Assembly (NCBI GenBank): GCA_046590775.1
Contig: JBKJUI010000450.1
Location: 1-25,442, forward strand
Origin: Acidimicrobiales bacterium
GTDB lineage: Bacteria > Actinomycetota > Acidimicrobiia > Acidimicrobiales > JAUJNH01
DNA: 25,442 nucleotides
Reading direction: 5' to 3'
The notes beneath the pieces were generated by a model, which worked only from the letters and a program-made list of their open reading frames with translations, was not told the origin of the DNA and searched no databases. Positions within the stretch are counted from its first letter, which is position 1; every line of letters starts with the position of its first letter. Below, in pieces: positions 1 through 8,301 of the stretch. The position numbers and the translations under genes are program-made.

Positions 1-870
1 GCCCAGCACGGTCACCTCCTCCTGCACGCCACCTGAGTCGGACACGGCGACGCCGCACTCGGCCAGCAGCCCAAGGAACGGGACGTAGGGCAGGGGCTCG
101 ACCACCCGCAGCCGAGCGAGGAGCGGGCCCAGCCCGCCTGCGGCGACCCGCGCCGCCGTGCGCGGGTGCATCGGCAGCACGACCGGCGCCGGGATCGCGG
201 CCAGGGCGGCGAGCACGGCGGCCAGCGCCTCGCCGTCGGTGTTCTCCGGCCGGTGGATGGTGGCCAGGACGAACCGGCCGGCGTCGAGCCCGTACGCGGC
301 CAGGAGTGCCGCCCGGGACTCGGGCGGGGGCAGGAGCCGCCGTACCGCCTCGACCACGGTGTTGCCGGTGACGACGACCCGCCCGTCGGGGATCCCCTCG
401 TTCCGCAGGTTGGCGGCGCTGACCGAGGTGGGCGCCAGGCACAGGTCGGCCAGGTGGTCGACCACCACGCGGTTGTGCTCCTCGGGCATGCGCCGGTCGA
501 AGCTGCGCAACCCGGCCTCGAGGTGCACCATGGGCACCTCGACGGCGTTGGCGGCCAGGCCCCCGGCGAGCGCCGAGTTGGTGTCGCCCTGCACCACCAC
601 GGCGTCCGGGCGCAGCTCGGTCAAGAGGCGGGACAGGCCGGCGGTGGCCTCCCCGATCTGCTCGCCGCGGGTCAGGCCGCCGATCCCCAGCTCGTGGTGC
701 GGCCGGCCGACGCCCAGGTCGCGCAGGAACGCCCCGCTCATGGCGTCGTCCCAGTGCTGACCGGTGTTGACGAGCACGGCCCGGGGCCCGAGCCGGCGAG
801 CCAGGTCGGCCAGCTTCACGACCTCGGGCCGGGTCCCGAACACCACGGCGATCTGCGCTCCGGCCGGCAT
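1..870 (-). CDS. wecB: UDP-N-acetylglucosamine 2-epimerase (non-hydrolysing), 3' end truncated by the window edge
   Basis: Not in the ORF track because there is no stop in the window. Read by hand from ATG at 870: MPAGAQIAVVFGTRPEVVKLA...VNTGQHWD...VVVQGDTNSALAGGLAA...HLEAGLRSFDRRMPEEHNR...VTGNTVVEA...LATIHRPEN, all hallmark WecB motifs. Confidence 0.93.
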   Translation of the reverse strand, partial: MPAGAQIAVVFGTRPEVVKLADLARRLGPRAVLVNTGQHWDDAMSGAFLRDLGVGRPHHELGIGGLTRGEQIGEATAGLSRLLTELRPDAVVVQGDTNSALAGGLAANAVEVPMVHLEAGLRSFDRRMPEEHNRVVVDHLADLCLAPTSVSAANLRNEGIPDGRVVVTGNTVVEAVRRLLPPPESRAALLAAYGLDAGRFVLATIHRPENTDGEALAAVLAALAAIPAPVVLPMHPRTAARVAAGGLGPLLARLRVVEPLPYVPFLGLLAECGVAVSDSGGVQEEVTVLG

Positions 871-874
871 CCGT

Positions 875-1576
875 CTACCGCCCGACCTGACCCCGCCGGG
901 CCACGTCGGCCTGCGCTTGGTCGAACAGGTCCTGCAGGCGGCGCTGCAGGTCCTCGGTGAGCGCACCCACGCCCCTGCGCCCGACGCGCCCCGACTGGGT
1001 GGGCGCCGGCGGCGTGATGGGCTGGCCGACCACGATGGAGATCCTGACGGGGCGGATGCCCTTGGTGCCCTTCGGCATGGCGCCCTCGCTGCCGCCGATC
1101 CCGACCGGCACGATCGGCACCTGCAGCTTGGCCGACAGGTAGGCGGGGCCCTCGAACATCTCATCGACCACCGGCCCGCTGCGGCGGGTGCCCTCGGGGA
1201 AGATCACCAGCGCCTGGCCGTCGGCCAGCAGGCGCTCGCACGACCGCAGGGCATCGCGGTCGGGGAGCCCCCGGTGGACCGGGAAGCCGCCCATCGACGT
1301 GAAGAACCAGTCGGAGAACCCGAACTTCCACATCGAGTCCTTGCCCATGAAGCGGACCAGCCGCCTGCCCATCAGGGCCACCAGCGGCGTGTCGACGTTG
1401 GAGCGGTGCACCGGCGACAGGATGAACGGGCCCTCGGCCGGGATGTGCTCGAGGCCCCGGACCCGCACCCGCCAGAACAGCTTGCAGAAGCCCCCCACGG
1501 CGAAGCGGACGAAGCGGTAGAGACCGTGCTGCCACGGGGCGAACCGCACCTGCACCTGGCCGCTCCAGCGGGGCAT
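875..1576 (-). CDS. plsC: 1-acyl-sn-glycerol-3-phosphate (lysophospholipid) acyltransferase
   Basis: C-terminal part of ORF 875..1891. Motifs VHRSNVD (HX4D), FMGK and IFPEGTR. ATG at 1576 overlaps the cmk stop (TGATG). Confidence 0.88.
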   Translation of the reverse strand: MPRWSGQVQVRFAPWQHGLYRFVRFAVGGFCKLFWRVRVRGLEHIPAEGPFILSPVHRSNVDTPLVALMGRRLVRFMGKDSMWKFGFSDWFFTSMGGFPVHRGLPDRDALRSCERLLADGQALVIFPEGTRRSGPVVDEMFEGPAYLSAKLQVPIVPVGIGGSEGAMPKGTKGIRPVRISIVVGQPITPPAPTQSGRVGRRGVGALTEDLQRRLQDLFDQAQADVARRGQVGR

Positions 1577-2346
1577 CAGGTGCTGCTCGTCGACTCGACG
1601 TGGTCGAGCACGGCGGCGACGACGTCGTCGACCGAGAGCCCCGTCGTGTCGAGGACGACCGCGTCGGCCGCCACCTGGAGAGGGTCGGCCGGGCGGGTCG
1701 AGTCGGCGTGGTCGCGGCGGGCGATGTCGGCAGCCACCGCGTCGTAGGAGAGGTCGGTGACCTCCTTGGCCCGGCGCTCGGAGCGCGCTTCGTGCGAGGC
1801 CGTGAGGTAGACCTTCAGCCGCGCCGACGGGAACACGACGTTGCCGATGTCCCGGCCCTCGACCACACCGCCGCCCCGCTTCGCCGCCCACTCGCGCTGG
1901 CGGCGCACCAGCTCCGAGCGCACGGCCGGGTTGGCGGCCACCGCGCTCACGGCCCTCGTGACCTCCGGCCCCCGGATCTCGATGCTCGCGTCGACGCCGT
2001 CGACCATCACCACGCCATCCTCAACCGTGAGCTCGACCCGCTGGGCCAGTCGTGCCACCGGCTCGTCGTCACCGGGGTCGATCCCCCGTCGCAGCGCGGC
2101 GAAGGCCACGCCCCGGTACATCGCCCCGGTGTCGAGGTACGGCAGCCCCAGCCGTTCGGCCACGGCGCGAGCCACCGTCGACTTGCCCGATCCCGCCGGC
2201 CCGTCAATCGCTATGACTCTGTTTCCCGCCGCTGCATCGGCCCTCGCTGACCCCCCGCCTTCCCTCCTCGACTCCCCCGGCTCGCCCAAAGGCTCGCCTC
2301 CTCCGCTCGTCAGTCCAGACGGGGGACGATCCTCATCCGCGCTCAC
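1576..2346 (-). CDS. cmk: cytidylate kinase with a ~43-aa low-complexity N-terminal extension
   Basis: IAIDGPAGSGKST, YLDTGAMYR, VEGRDIG and RDHADSTR motifs. GTG at 2346 (GTGA overlap with the aroA stop) is the nearest in-frame start upstream of the kinase core, so the start position is less certain than the function. Confidence 0.92.
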   Translation of the reverse strand: MSADEDRPPSGLTSGGGEPLGEPGESRREGGGSARADAAAGNRVIAIDGPAGSGKSTVARAVAERLGLPYLDTGAMYRGVAFAALRRGIDPGDDEPVARLAQRVELTVEDGVVMVDGVDASIEIRGPEVTRAVSAVAANPAVRSELVRRQREWAAKRGGGVVEGRDIGNVVFPSARLKVYLTASHEARSERRAKEVTDLSYDAVAADIARRDHADSTRPADPLQVAADAVVLDTTGLSVDDVVAAVLDHVESTSST

Positions 2347-3635
2347 GCGGATCCTCCGGCGAGGAGGGTGGCGAGATCGGCTTCGAAACCGGGGTAGCTG
2401 GTGCGCACGGAGTCCCATCCTGTGATCCGGGTGGTGCCGGGGGCAACCAGGGCGGCCACGGCTGCGGCCATGGCGATGCGGTGGTCGCCGCCGGCCTCGA
2501 CGACGCCGGCCTCTGGACGGGCCCCGCCGGTGATGGCCAAGCCGTCGCTCCGGGACTCGGCGCCCACCCCGAGGGCGCTCAGGAGGGCCACGGTGGTGGC
2601 GACCCGATCGCTCTCCTTCACCCGCAGCTCGGCGGCGTCGCGTACCTCGGTCGGGCCCTGGGCCAGCGCCGCCGCCACGGCCAGCACCGGCACCTCGTCG
2701 ATCAGGCCGGGGACCTCGTCGCCGCCGATGGTCGTGCCCAGGAGGCCGGGCGAGTAGCGGGCGGTGAGATTCGCCGTCGTGGGTCCCACGGCCTCGACGT
2801 CGAGGTCGGCGCCCATCCGGCGCAGCACGTCGACGAACCCAGCCCGGGCCCGGCCGACGTACACGTGCTCGACCGATACTTCGCTGCCCGGAACGAGGCA
2901 GGCGGCCACGATCCAGAAGGCGGCCTGGCTGGGGTCGCCTGGCACGTCGAGCTCGAACGGGTCGAGCACCGACGGCAGCAGCCTGGTCGTGAGCCCGTCG
3001 GCCGAGACCTCGAGCTTGGCTCCGCAGGCGAGCAGCATCTCCTCGCTGTGGGCCCGGGTCGGGACCCGCTCGCGCACGACCGTCTCCCCCTCGGCGGCGA
3101 GGCCGGCCAGCAGCACCGCCCCCTTCACCTGGGCGCTGGGCGTGACCAGGTCGAGGTCGATCCCGTGCAGGTCGCCGCCCCGTACCACGAGGGGCGGAAG
3201 CTGCCCGCCGTCGCGCCCGTCGATCGAGGCGCCCATCCGGCGGAGCGGCTCGGCCACCCGGGCCATCGGTCGACGGGCGATCGAGGCGTCGCCGTGCAGG
3301 ACGGTGAGCCACGGCAGGCCGGCGCAGGCGCCGCTCAGCAGTCGGATGGCGGTGCCCGAGTTGCCGACGTCGACGACGTGGTCGGGCTCGTGCAGGCGGC
3401 TGCGGCCCCCCGTCACGACGTCCCCCTCGACCTCAGCGCCCATGGCCTGCACAGCCGTGGCCATGCTGACCACGTCGTCACCCCGGGAGAGCCCGGCGAT
3501 GCGGCTGCGGCCCTCGGCCAGCGCCGCCAGCAGCAGGGCCCGGTGGGAGATGCTCTTGTCCCCCGGTACCCGCAACCGGCCGCGCAGCGGTCCCGTGCCG
3601 CCCTCGACGGTGAAGGTGCCTCCTGGGTCAGCCAA
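2343..3635 (-). CDS. aroA: 3-phosphoshikimate 1-carboxyvinyltransferase (EPSP synthase)
   Basis: VPGDKSISHRA, DVGNSGTAIRL, SAQVKGAVLLA, ELRVKESDR and DHRIAM motifs. Probable TTG start at 3635 overlapping the tyrA end. Confidence 0.95.
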   Translation of the reverse strand: MADPGGTFTVEGGTGPLRGRLRVPGDKSISHRALLLAALAEGRSRIAGLSRGDDVVSMATAVQAMGAEVEGDVVTGGRSRLHEPDHVVDVGNSGTAIRLLSGACAGLPWLTVLHGDASIARRPMARVAEPLRRMGASIDGRDGGQLPPLVVRGGDLHGIDLDLVTPSAQVKGAVLLAGLAAEGETVVRERVPTRAHSEEMLLACGAKLEVSADGLTTRLLPSVLDPFELDVPGDPSQAAFWIVAACLVPGSEVSVEHVYVGRARAGFVDVLRRMGADLDVEAVGPTTANLTARYSPGLLGTTIGGDEVPGLIDEVPVLAVAAALAQGPTEVRDAAELRVKESDRVATTVALLSALGVGAESRSDGLAITGGARPEAGVVEAGGDHRIAMAAAVAALVAPGTTRITGWDSVRTSYPGFEADLATLLAGGSA

Positions 3636-4716
3636 GCTTCTGCACCGCCGGGCGGTACCCACGGGCGAACAGGGCGCCGCGAGCGACCTCGCTCTGGCCG
3701 GCGTCGACGAGGAGCAGCAGCACGCCACGGTCGCCCTCGGCCGAGTGGGCGATCTCGAGGTCGTAGATGTCGACGCCCAGCTCGCCGAGCAGCGTGGTGA
3801 CCTCGGCCAGGACGCCCGTGCGGTCGGGCACCGGCACCCTGACCTCGGCGACGTCGAGCGGGCGTCCGGCCGCCCGGGCCGGGAGGTTGACCCGAGCGGA
3901 CCGAGCCTTCTCGAGCGCCCGCAGCAGGGCCGCACGGTCGCCGTCGGCCACGACGGCGCGCAGGGTGTCGAGGGCCTGGCCCAGCTGCTCGAGGGTGGAC
4001 ACGATGGCGCTGCGGTTCTCGGCGCAGATGTCGAGCCAGATGCCGGGGTGGCCGGCGGCGATGCGGGTCATGTCGCGGAAGCCGCCGGCGGCCAGGCGCA
4101 GGAGCGTGGCGTGCTCGGTGGCCGCATCGGTGGCCAGCCCCATCAGGGCCGCAGCGGTGAGGTGGGGCACGTGGGACACCAGGGCCACCAGCTGGTCGTG
4201 CCGGTCGGGGGCGACGGCCACCACGTCGGCTCCGAGCGAGGCCACCACCGAGCGCACGAGCGCGAAGGCGGCCGGATCGGTGCCGACGGTGGGGGTCAGG
4301 ACCCAGGTGGCGCCCTCGAACATCGTGGCGTGGGCGCCGTCGATGCCGTCCTGCTCCGACCCGGCCATCGGATGGCCCCCGACGAAGCGCGGGTCGGCCA
4401 CCGCGTCGACCACCGACCGCTTCACCGAGCCGACGTCGGTCACCGCGCCGCCGCCGGCCGACGTCGCCGCCAGCACCTCGGCCGCCACCTCGGGGAGGGC
4501 GTGCACGGGAGTGGACAGGAACGTGATCTCCGCCGACGGGTCGATCCCGACGGCATCGAGCGCCCCGACGGCCAGCGCCTGCTGCGCCCGGCCGGGATCG
4601 GCGTCGGACCCGGTGACGTGCCAGCCGGTGGCCCGGAGAGCGTGGGCGATGGAGCCGCCGATGAGGCCGCACCCGACGACGCCGGCCCGGCGGCGGCCGC
4701 TAGTCGGGGAGGTCAT
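3628..4716 (-). CDS. tyrA: prephenate/arogenate dehydrogenase with C-terminal ACT domain
   Basis: GVVGCGLIGGS (Rossmann), TDVGSVK, FVGGHPMAGSE, VSHVPH, GGFRDMTRIA and ACT-like VPDRTGVLAEVTTLLGELGVDIYDLEI. ATG at 4716. Confidence 0.93.
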   Translation of the reverse strand: MTSPTSGRRRAGVVGCGLIGGSIAHALRATGWHVTGSDADPGRAQQALAVGALDAVGIDPSAEITFLSTPVHALPEVAAEVLAATSAGGGAVTDVGSVKRSVVDAVADPRFVGGHPMAGSEQDGIDGAHATMFEGATWVLTPTVGTDPAAFALVRSVVASLGADVVAVAPDRHDQLVALVSHVPHLTAAALMGLATDAATEHATLLRLAAGGFRDMTRIAAGHPGIWLDICAENRSAIVSTLEQLGQALDTLRAVVADGDRAALLRALEKARSARVNLPARAAGRPLDVAEVRVPVPDRTGVLAEVTTLLGELGVDIYDLEIAHSAEGDRGVLLLLVDAGQSEVARGALFARGYRPAVQKLG

Positions 4717-5065
4717 CGCGCAACCCCATGGCCTGCTCGAGGTAGACGTGGTGCAGCTCGCTGCGGGGCTTGGTGGTCTGGAGGTGCAGCAGCACGCGGA
4801 TGCAGCGGGGCGTGCCCTCGACCACGTCCAGCTCACGGGCGCAGATCAGGGGCACGTCGCCGAGGCCCATCGTGCGGGCCGCCTTGGCCGGGAACATCGA
4901 GTGGAGGTCGTCGGTGGCCGTGAACAGGATGGAGACGAGATCCTCCTTGTCCACCCCGTTCCGCTCGAGGATCCGCTCGAGGAGGGCGACCACCCGCTCG
5001 GTGATGTGCACCGGCTCGTCGGCGTCGACCGTAGTGGCACCCCGCAACGCCCGGACGGTGCCCAC
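4700..5065 (-). CDS. aroH: chorismate mutase, AroH class
   Basis: VRALRGATTV, SILFTATDDLHSMFPAKAAR, VPLICARE, PRCIRVLLH and HHVYLEQAMGLRDDL match the AroH family. Confidence 0.93.
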   Translation of the reverse strand: MGTVRALRGATTVDADEPVHITERVVALLERILERNGVDKEDLVSILFTATDDLHSMFPAKAARTMGLGDVPLICARELDVVEGTPRCIRVLLHLQTTKPRSELHHVYLEQAMGLRDDLPD

Positions 5066-5074
5066 GGCCTGGCG

Positions 5075-5080
5075 ACCCTA
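5075..5080 (-). promoter_or_regulatory. candidate -10 box (TAGGGT) for a near-leaderless aroH transcript
   Basis: TANNNT hexamer 9 nt upstream of the aroH GTG, with no Shine-Dalgarno in between. Confidence 0.4.
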
Positions 5081-5112
5081 GCCAACGGCTTGTGTGACCT
5101 CCGGCGGCCAGG

Positions 5113-5505
5113 TCAGCCGCGACCGAGGACCCGGTCGACCTGGATCTCGATCACCGTTCGATCGGGGTTGGACTGCGGCTGGTGGTAGCGGATGGCGTAG
5201 CGGCGCTCGCCCTCGAGCACGCGGTCGGCGTCGACGACCAGGCGGGCGGGGCCCTCCAGGGCCAGCCACCTGGCCCCGTCGACCTGGGCCACCACGGCCC
5301 GGGTCCCGCCGGCCACCACGTTGCGGGCCTTGCGGCTGTCTCGGCCGGTTATGACCCGGGCCACCCCGGCCGCGTCGTCCCAGGTGAAGGCGATGGCCAC
5401 CACGTGCGGGCTGCCGTCGGGGCGAACGGTGGTGAGGGTGCCGATGTGCCGCTCGGCCAGGAAGGCGAGCGCCTCCGGCGGCAGGGCAGCGGGGTCGAGG
5501 GCCAT
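5113..5505 (-). CDS. PPOX-class (pyridoxamine 5'-phosphate oxidase-like) probable F420-dependent oxidoreductase
   Basis: 130 aa from ATG 5505: FLAERHIGTLTTVRPDGSPHVVAIAFTWD...SRKARNV...WLALEGPARLV, a typical split-barrel PPOX pattern. Confidence 0.82.
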   Translation of the reverse strand: MALDPAALPPEALAFLAERHIGTLTTVRPDGSPHVVAIAFTWDDAAGVARVITGRDSRKARNVVAGGTRAVVAQVDGARWLALEGPARLVVDADRVLEGERRYAIRYHQPQSNPDRTVIEIQVDRVLGRG

Positions 5506-5524
5506 GGCCCCCGTTCCTACTCCG

Positions 5525-6790
5525 TCAGGCGGCCGCCCGGATCGAGCGGACCAGGACGTCGAGGCCCAGCTCGAGCTCGTCGTCGCTGATCGTGAGGGCC
5601 GGGACCAGGCGGACGACCTCGCCGTGCGAGCCGCACGACAGCAGCAGCACGTTCTCGGCCAGCGCCTTGGCGCGGATCTCGTCGCACACGTCACCCGATG
5701 TGAGCTCGACGCCCACCATGAGGCCGACGCCACGCACGCCGACGACGGGGCCGGGCTCGTCGACGAGCGGGCCGAGCACCTCCAGGCAGCGCTGCCCGAG
5801 CCGGTCGGCCCTCTCGAGGAGGCCGTCCTCGGCGATCACGTCGAGCACGGCCAGGGCTGAGGCGCAGGCCACCGGGTTGCCGCCGAAGGTGGTGCCGTGG
5901 GCGGCGGTCGGCCATGCTGCGAAGGTGCTGCGGCCGGCCACGATGGCGGCCAGCGGGAGCCCGCCGGCCAGCCCCTTGGCCAGGAGGAGCACGTCGGGCC
6001 CGACGCCGAACCGCTCGCCGGCGGTCCAGGCCCCCGTGCGGCCGATGCCGCACTGCACCTCGTCGAACACGAGCAGGATCCCGTGCTCGTCACAGCGGCG
6101 GCGCAGGCCGGCCAGCCACCCGTCGAGCGGCACCACGTACCCGCCCTCCCCGAGCACCGGCTCGACGATCATGGCCGCCACCTGGGCTGGGTCGACCCGC
6201 TTGTCGAAGAGGTCGTCGAGCTCGGCCAGCGCGCCCTCGGCCGAGGCGTAGCGGCGAGGGTCGCCGTAGGGCGCGATGTAGACGCTGGGAACCAGCGGCT
6301 CGTACCCGCTGCGGTAGTGGGCCTTGGTGGTCGTGAGGCTGGTGGCCCCGAGCGTGCGGCCGTGGAAGCCACCGGAGAAGGCCAAGATGCCGGGCCGGCC
6401 GGTGGTGCGGCGGGCCATCTTCATCACGCCGTCCACCACCTCGGCGCCGGTGTTGGCGAAGAACAGCTGCGGTTCCTCGAACCACGGGCAGATGGCCCCG
6501 ATCCGCTCGGCCAGCTCGATGTTCCGCGAGTGGTGGGTGGTGACGCTCGTGTGGACCAGGCGGCTGGCCTGCTCGACGATGGCCGCCGTCACCCGTGGGT
6601 GGCAGTGGCCCACCTGGGTGACCCCGATGCCGGCCGTCAGGTCCAGGACCCGCCGCCCGTCGACGTCGGTGAGCCACAGCCCCTCGCCGCTGACGGCCAC
6701 GAGATCGGAGAACCGCCCCAGCACCGGGGCCAGCACCGCCTCGTCGCGGGCCAGCCAGGACGTGGTCAGGTCGTGCTCAACGGCGGTCAC
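5525..6790 (-). CDS. class III PLP-dependent aminotransferase (GabT/ArgD-like, substrate unknown)
   Basis: LDLTAGIGVTQVGHCHP, FANTGAEVVD, FHGRTLGA, IVEPVLGEGG, LVFDEVQCGIGRTG, PLP Lys in LLAKGLAGG and HGTTFGGNP. SD AGGAG 5 nt before GTG 6790. Confidence 0.92.
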   Translation of the reverse strand: MTAVEHDLTTSWLARDEAVLAPVLGRFSDLVAVSGEGLWLTDVDGRRVLDLTAGIGVTQVGHCHPRVTAAIVEQASRLVHTSVTTHHSRNIELAERIGAICPWFEEPQLFFANTGAEVVDGVMKMARRTTGRPGILAFSGGFHGRTLGATSLTTTKAHYRSGYEPLVPSVYIAPYGDPRRYASAEGALAELDDLFDKRVDPAQVAAMIVEPVLGEGGYVVPLDGWLAGLRRRCDEHGILLVFDEVQCGIGRTGAWTAGERFGVGPDVLLLAKGLAGGLPLAAIVAGRSTFAAWPTAAHGTTFGGNPVACASALAVLDVIAEDGLLERADRLGQRCLEVLGPLVDEPGPVVGVRGVGLMVGVELTSGDVCDEIRAKALAENVLLLSCGSHGEVVRLVPALTISDDELELGLDVLVRSIRAAA

Positions 6791-6801
6791 GGCCGCTCCT
6801 C

Positions 6802-8277
6802 TCACTTGAATCGTTCGACGTCGATCTGTGCCCGCTGCAGGCGGCCGGAGTAGTCGACGTACACGGACTTCACCTCGCTGAACTGCTCGATGCCCCGGCG
6901 GCCGGCCTCGCGGAAGCCGTTGCCGGTGTGCTTGGTCCCGCCGAAGGGGAGCTGGATCTCGGCCCCGATGCTGGGGGCGTTGACGTAGACGATGCCGGTG
7001 TCGATGACCTCGACCAGGGCCAGCGCCGTGGCCAGGTCCCGGCTGTAGACGGCGGCCGACAGGCCGTAGTCGACGCCGTTCACGACGGCCGCCGCCTCCT
7101 CGGCCGACCCCACCTCGAGCACCGACAGGACGGGCCCGAACAGCTCGGTGGTGGCCACGTGGTGGGAGGGCTCGACCCCTCGGAGGATGGTCGGAGCGAA
7201 GAACGAGCCCTCGGGGCAGCTGGACGGCTGCACGGGCCCGCCCCCCACCGCCACGGTGGCCCCTTCCTCGACGGCGGTGGCCACGGCCTTCTCCAGGCGG
7301 GTGACCGAGCCGGCGTCGATCACCGGCCCGACATCGGTGCCCTTCTCAGTCGGGTCGCCGACCACCAGGGCTGCCGCCCGCTCGGCCAGCCGCTCGACCA
7401 GCTCGTCGGCCACGGCGTGGTGGACGACCAGCCGGCTGGTGGAGGTGCAGCGCTGGCCGGCGGTGCCAAAGGCGCCGAACAGCGCCCCCTCGAGGGCGAG
7501 GTCGAGGTCGGCGTCGTCGAGCACGACCATGGCGTTCTTCCCGCCGAGCTCGAGCGACACGAGCTTCGGCCCGACCTCGGCGGCGGCGGCCGCCACCTTG
7601 CGACCCGTGGCCACCGACCCGGTGAAGGACACCGCCCTGATGCCGGGGTGCACGGCGATCCTGGCGCCGACCTCGCCACCACCGTGGACCACCTGGAGCA
7701 GCCCGGCCGGGATGCCCCCGTCGATGCAGGCCTGGACGAACGCGTCGGCGCAGGCCGGCGCCAGCTCCGAGGGCTTCAGCACGACGGCGTTCCCCGCCAG
7801 CAGGGCAGGGAAGCACTTCCACGAGGGGATGGCCACCGGGAAGTTCCACGGGGTGATCAAGCCGACCACGCCGACGGGCTGGCGCGTGGTGTAGGCGAGC
7901 CGGCTGCCCAGCTCGGAGGGGACGGTCTCGCCCCAGGCCAGGCGGCCGAGCCCGGCCACGTAGCGGGCCATGTCGATCGCTTCCTGGACGTCGCCCCCCG
8001 CCTCGACGAGGACCTTGCCCGCCTCTTCGGCGACCAGGCGGGTGAGCTGCTCCTTCCGGGCCGCCAGCACGTCGCCGACGGCGCCGATCCGCTCACCTCG
8101 TAGCGGCGTGGGAACCTGCAGCCACGTCCGCTGCGCCTCAGTGGCCGCCGCCACCGCCGCATCCACCGCCTCCGACGACGATCGCGTGAACCAGCCGACG
8201 ACGCGCGACGGGTGGGCTGGGTTCACCGACGTGAAGCGCTGGTCCGCCGCCGTGCTCGGCCCATCTGTTCCGACCAT
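6802..8277 (-). CDS. NAD(P)-dependent aldehyde dehydrogenase
   Basis: ITPWNFPVAI, VLKPSE, SFTGSVATG, catalytic Glu in LELGGKNA, catalytic Cys in GQRCTS, ELFGPV and PFGGTKHTG. Confidence 0.95.
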   Translation of the reverse strand: MVGTDGPSTAADQRFTSVNPAHPSRVVGWFTRSSSEAVDAAVAAATEAQRTWLQVPTPLRGERIGAVGDVLAARKEQLTRLVAEEAGKVLVEAGGDVQEAIDMARYVAGLGRLAWGETVPSELGSRLAYTTRQPVGVVGLITPWNFPVAIPSWKCFPALLAGNAVVLKPSELAPACADAFVQACIDGGIPAGLLQVVHGGGEVGARIAVHPGIRAVSFTGSVATGRKVAAAAAEVGPKLVSLELGGKNAMVVLDDADLDLALEGALFGAFGTAGQRCTSTSRLVVHHAVADELVERLAERAAALVVGDPTEKGTDVGPVIDAGSVTRLEKAVATAVEEGATVAVGGGPVQPSSCPEGSFFAPTILRGVEPSHHVATTELFGPVLSVLEVGSAEEAAAVVNGVDYGLSAAVYSRDLATALALVEVIDTGIVYVNAPSIGAEIQLPFGGTKHTGNGFREAGRRGIEQFSEVKSVYVDYSGRLQRAQIDVERFK

Positions 8278-8301
8278 GCCGACAACTGTAACGTCTGTTC
8301 C
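8278..8301. promoter_or_regulatory. 24-bp bidirectional leaderless promoter with overlapping -10 boxes
   Basis: Plus-strand TAACGT (8289-8294) is 7 nt before GTG 8302. Minus-strand TACAGT (8290-8285) is 7 nt before ATG 8277. Confidence 0.7.

Noticed and set aside
2347-3312. Long N-terminal extension of ORF 1576..3312 as a large Cmk fusion
   Set aside because: It is an off-frame read through aroA, and the cmk GTG at 2346 is coupled to the aroA stop.
2764-4923. 719-aa plus-strand ORF and other long antisense or off-frame ORFs (166..960, 764..1747, 6928..8103, 13594..14640, 14725..15861, 19752..21380, 21393..22880)
   Set aside because: They overlap genes with clear family motifs, are Arg/Gly/Pro-rich without motifs, and stop codons are rare at this GC content.
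5525-8277. Assigning gabT/gabD or lat/pcd gene symbols
   Set aside because: Family motifs are clear, but substrate specificity cannot be resolved without phylogeny.
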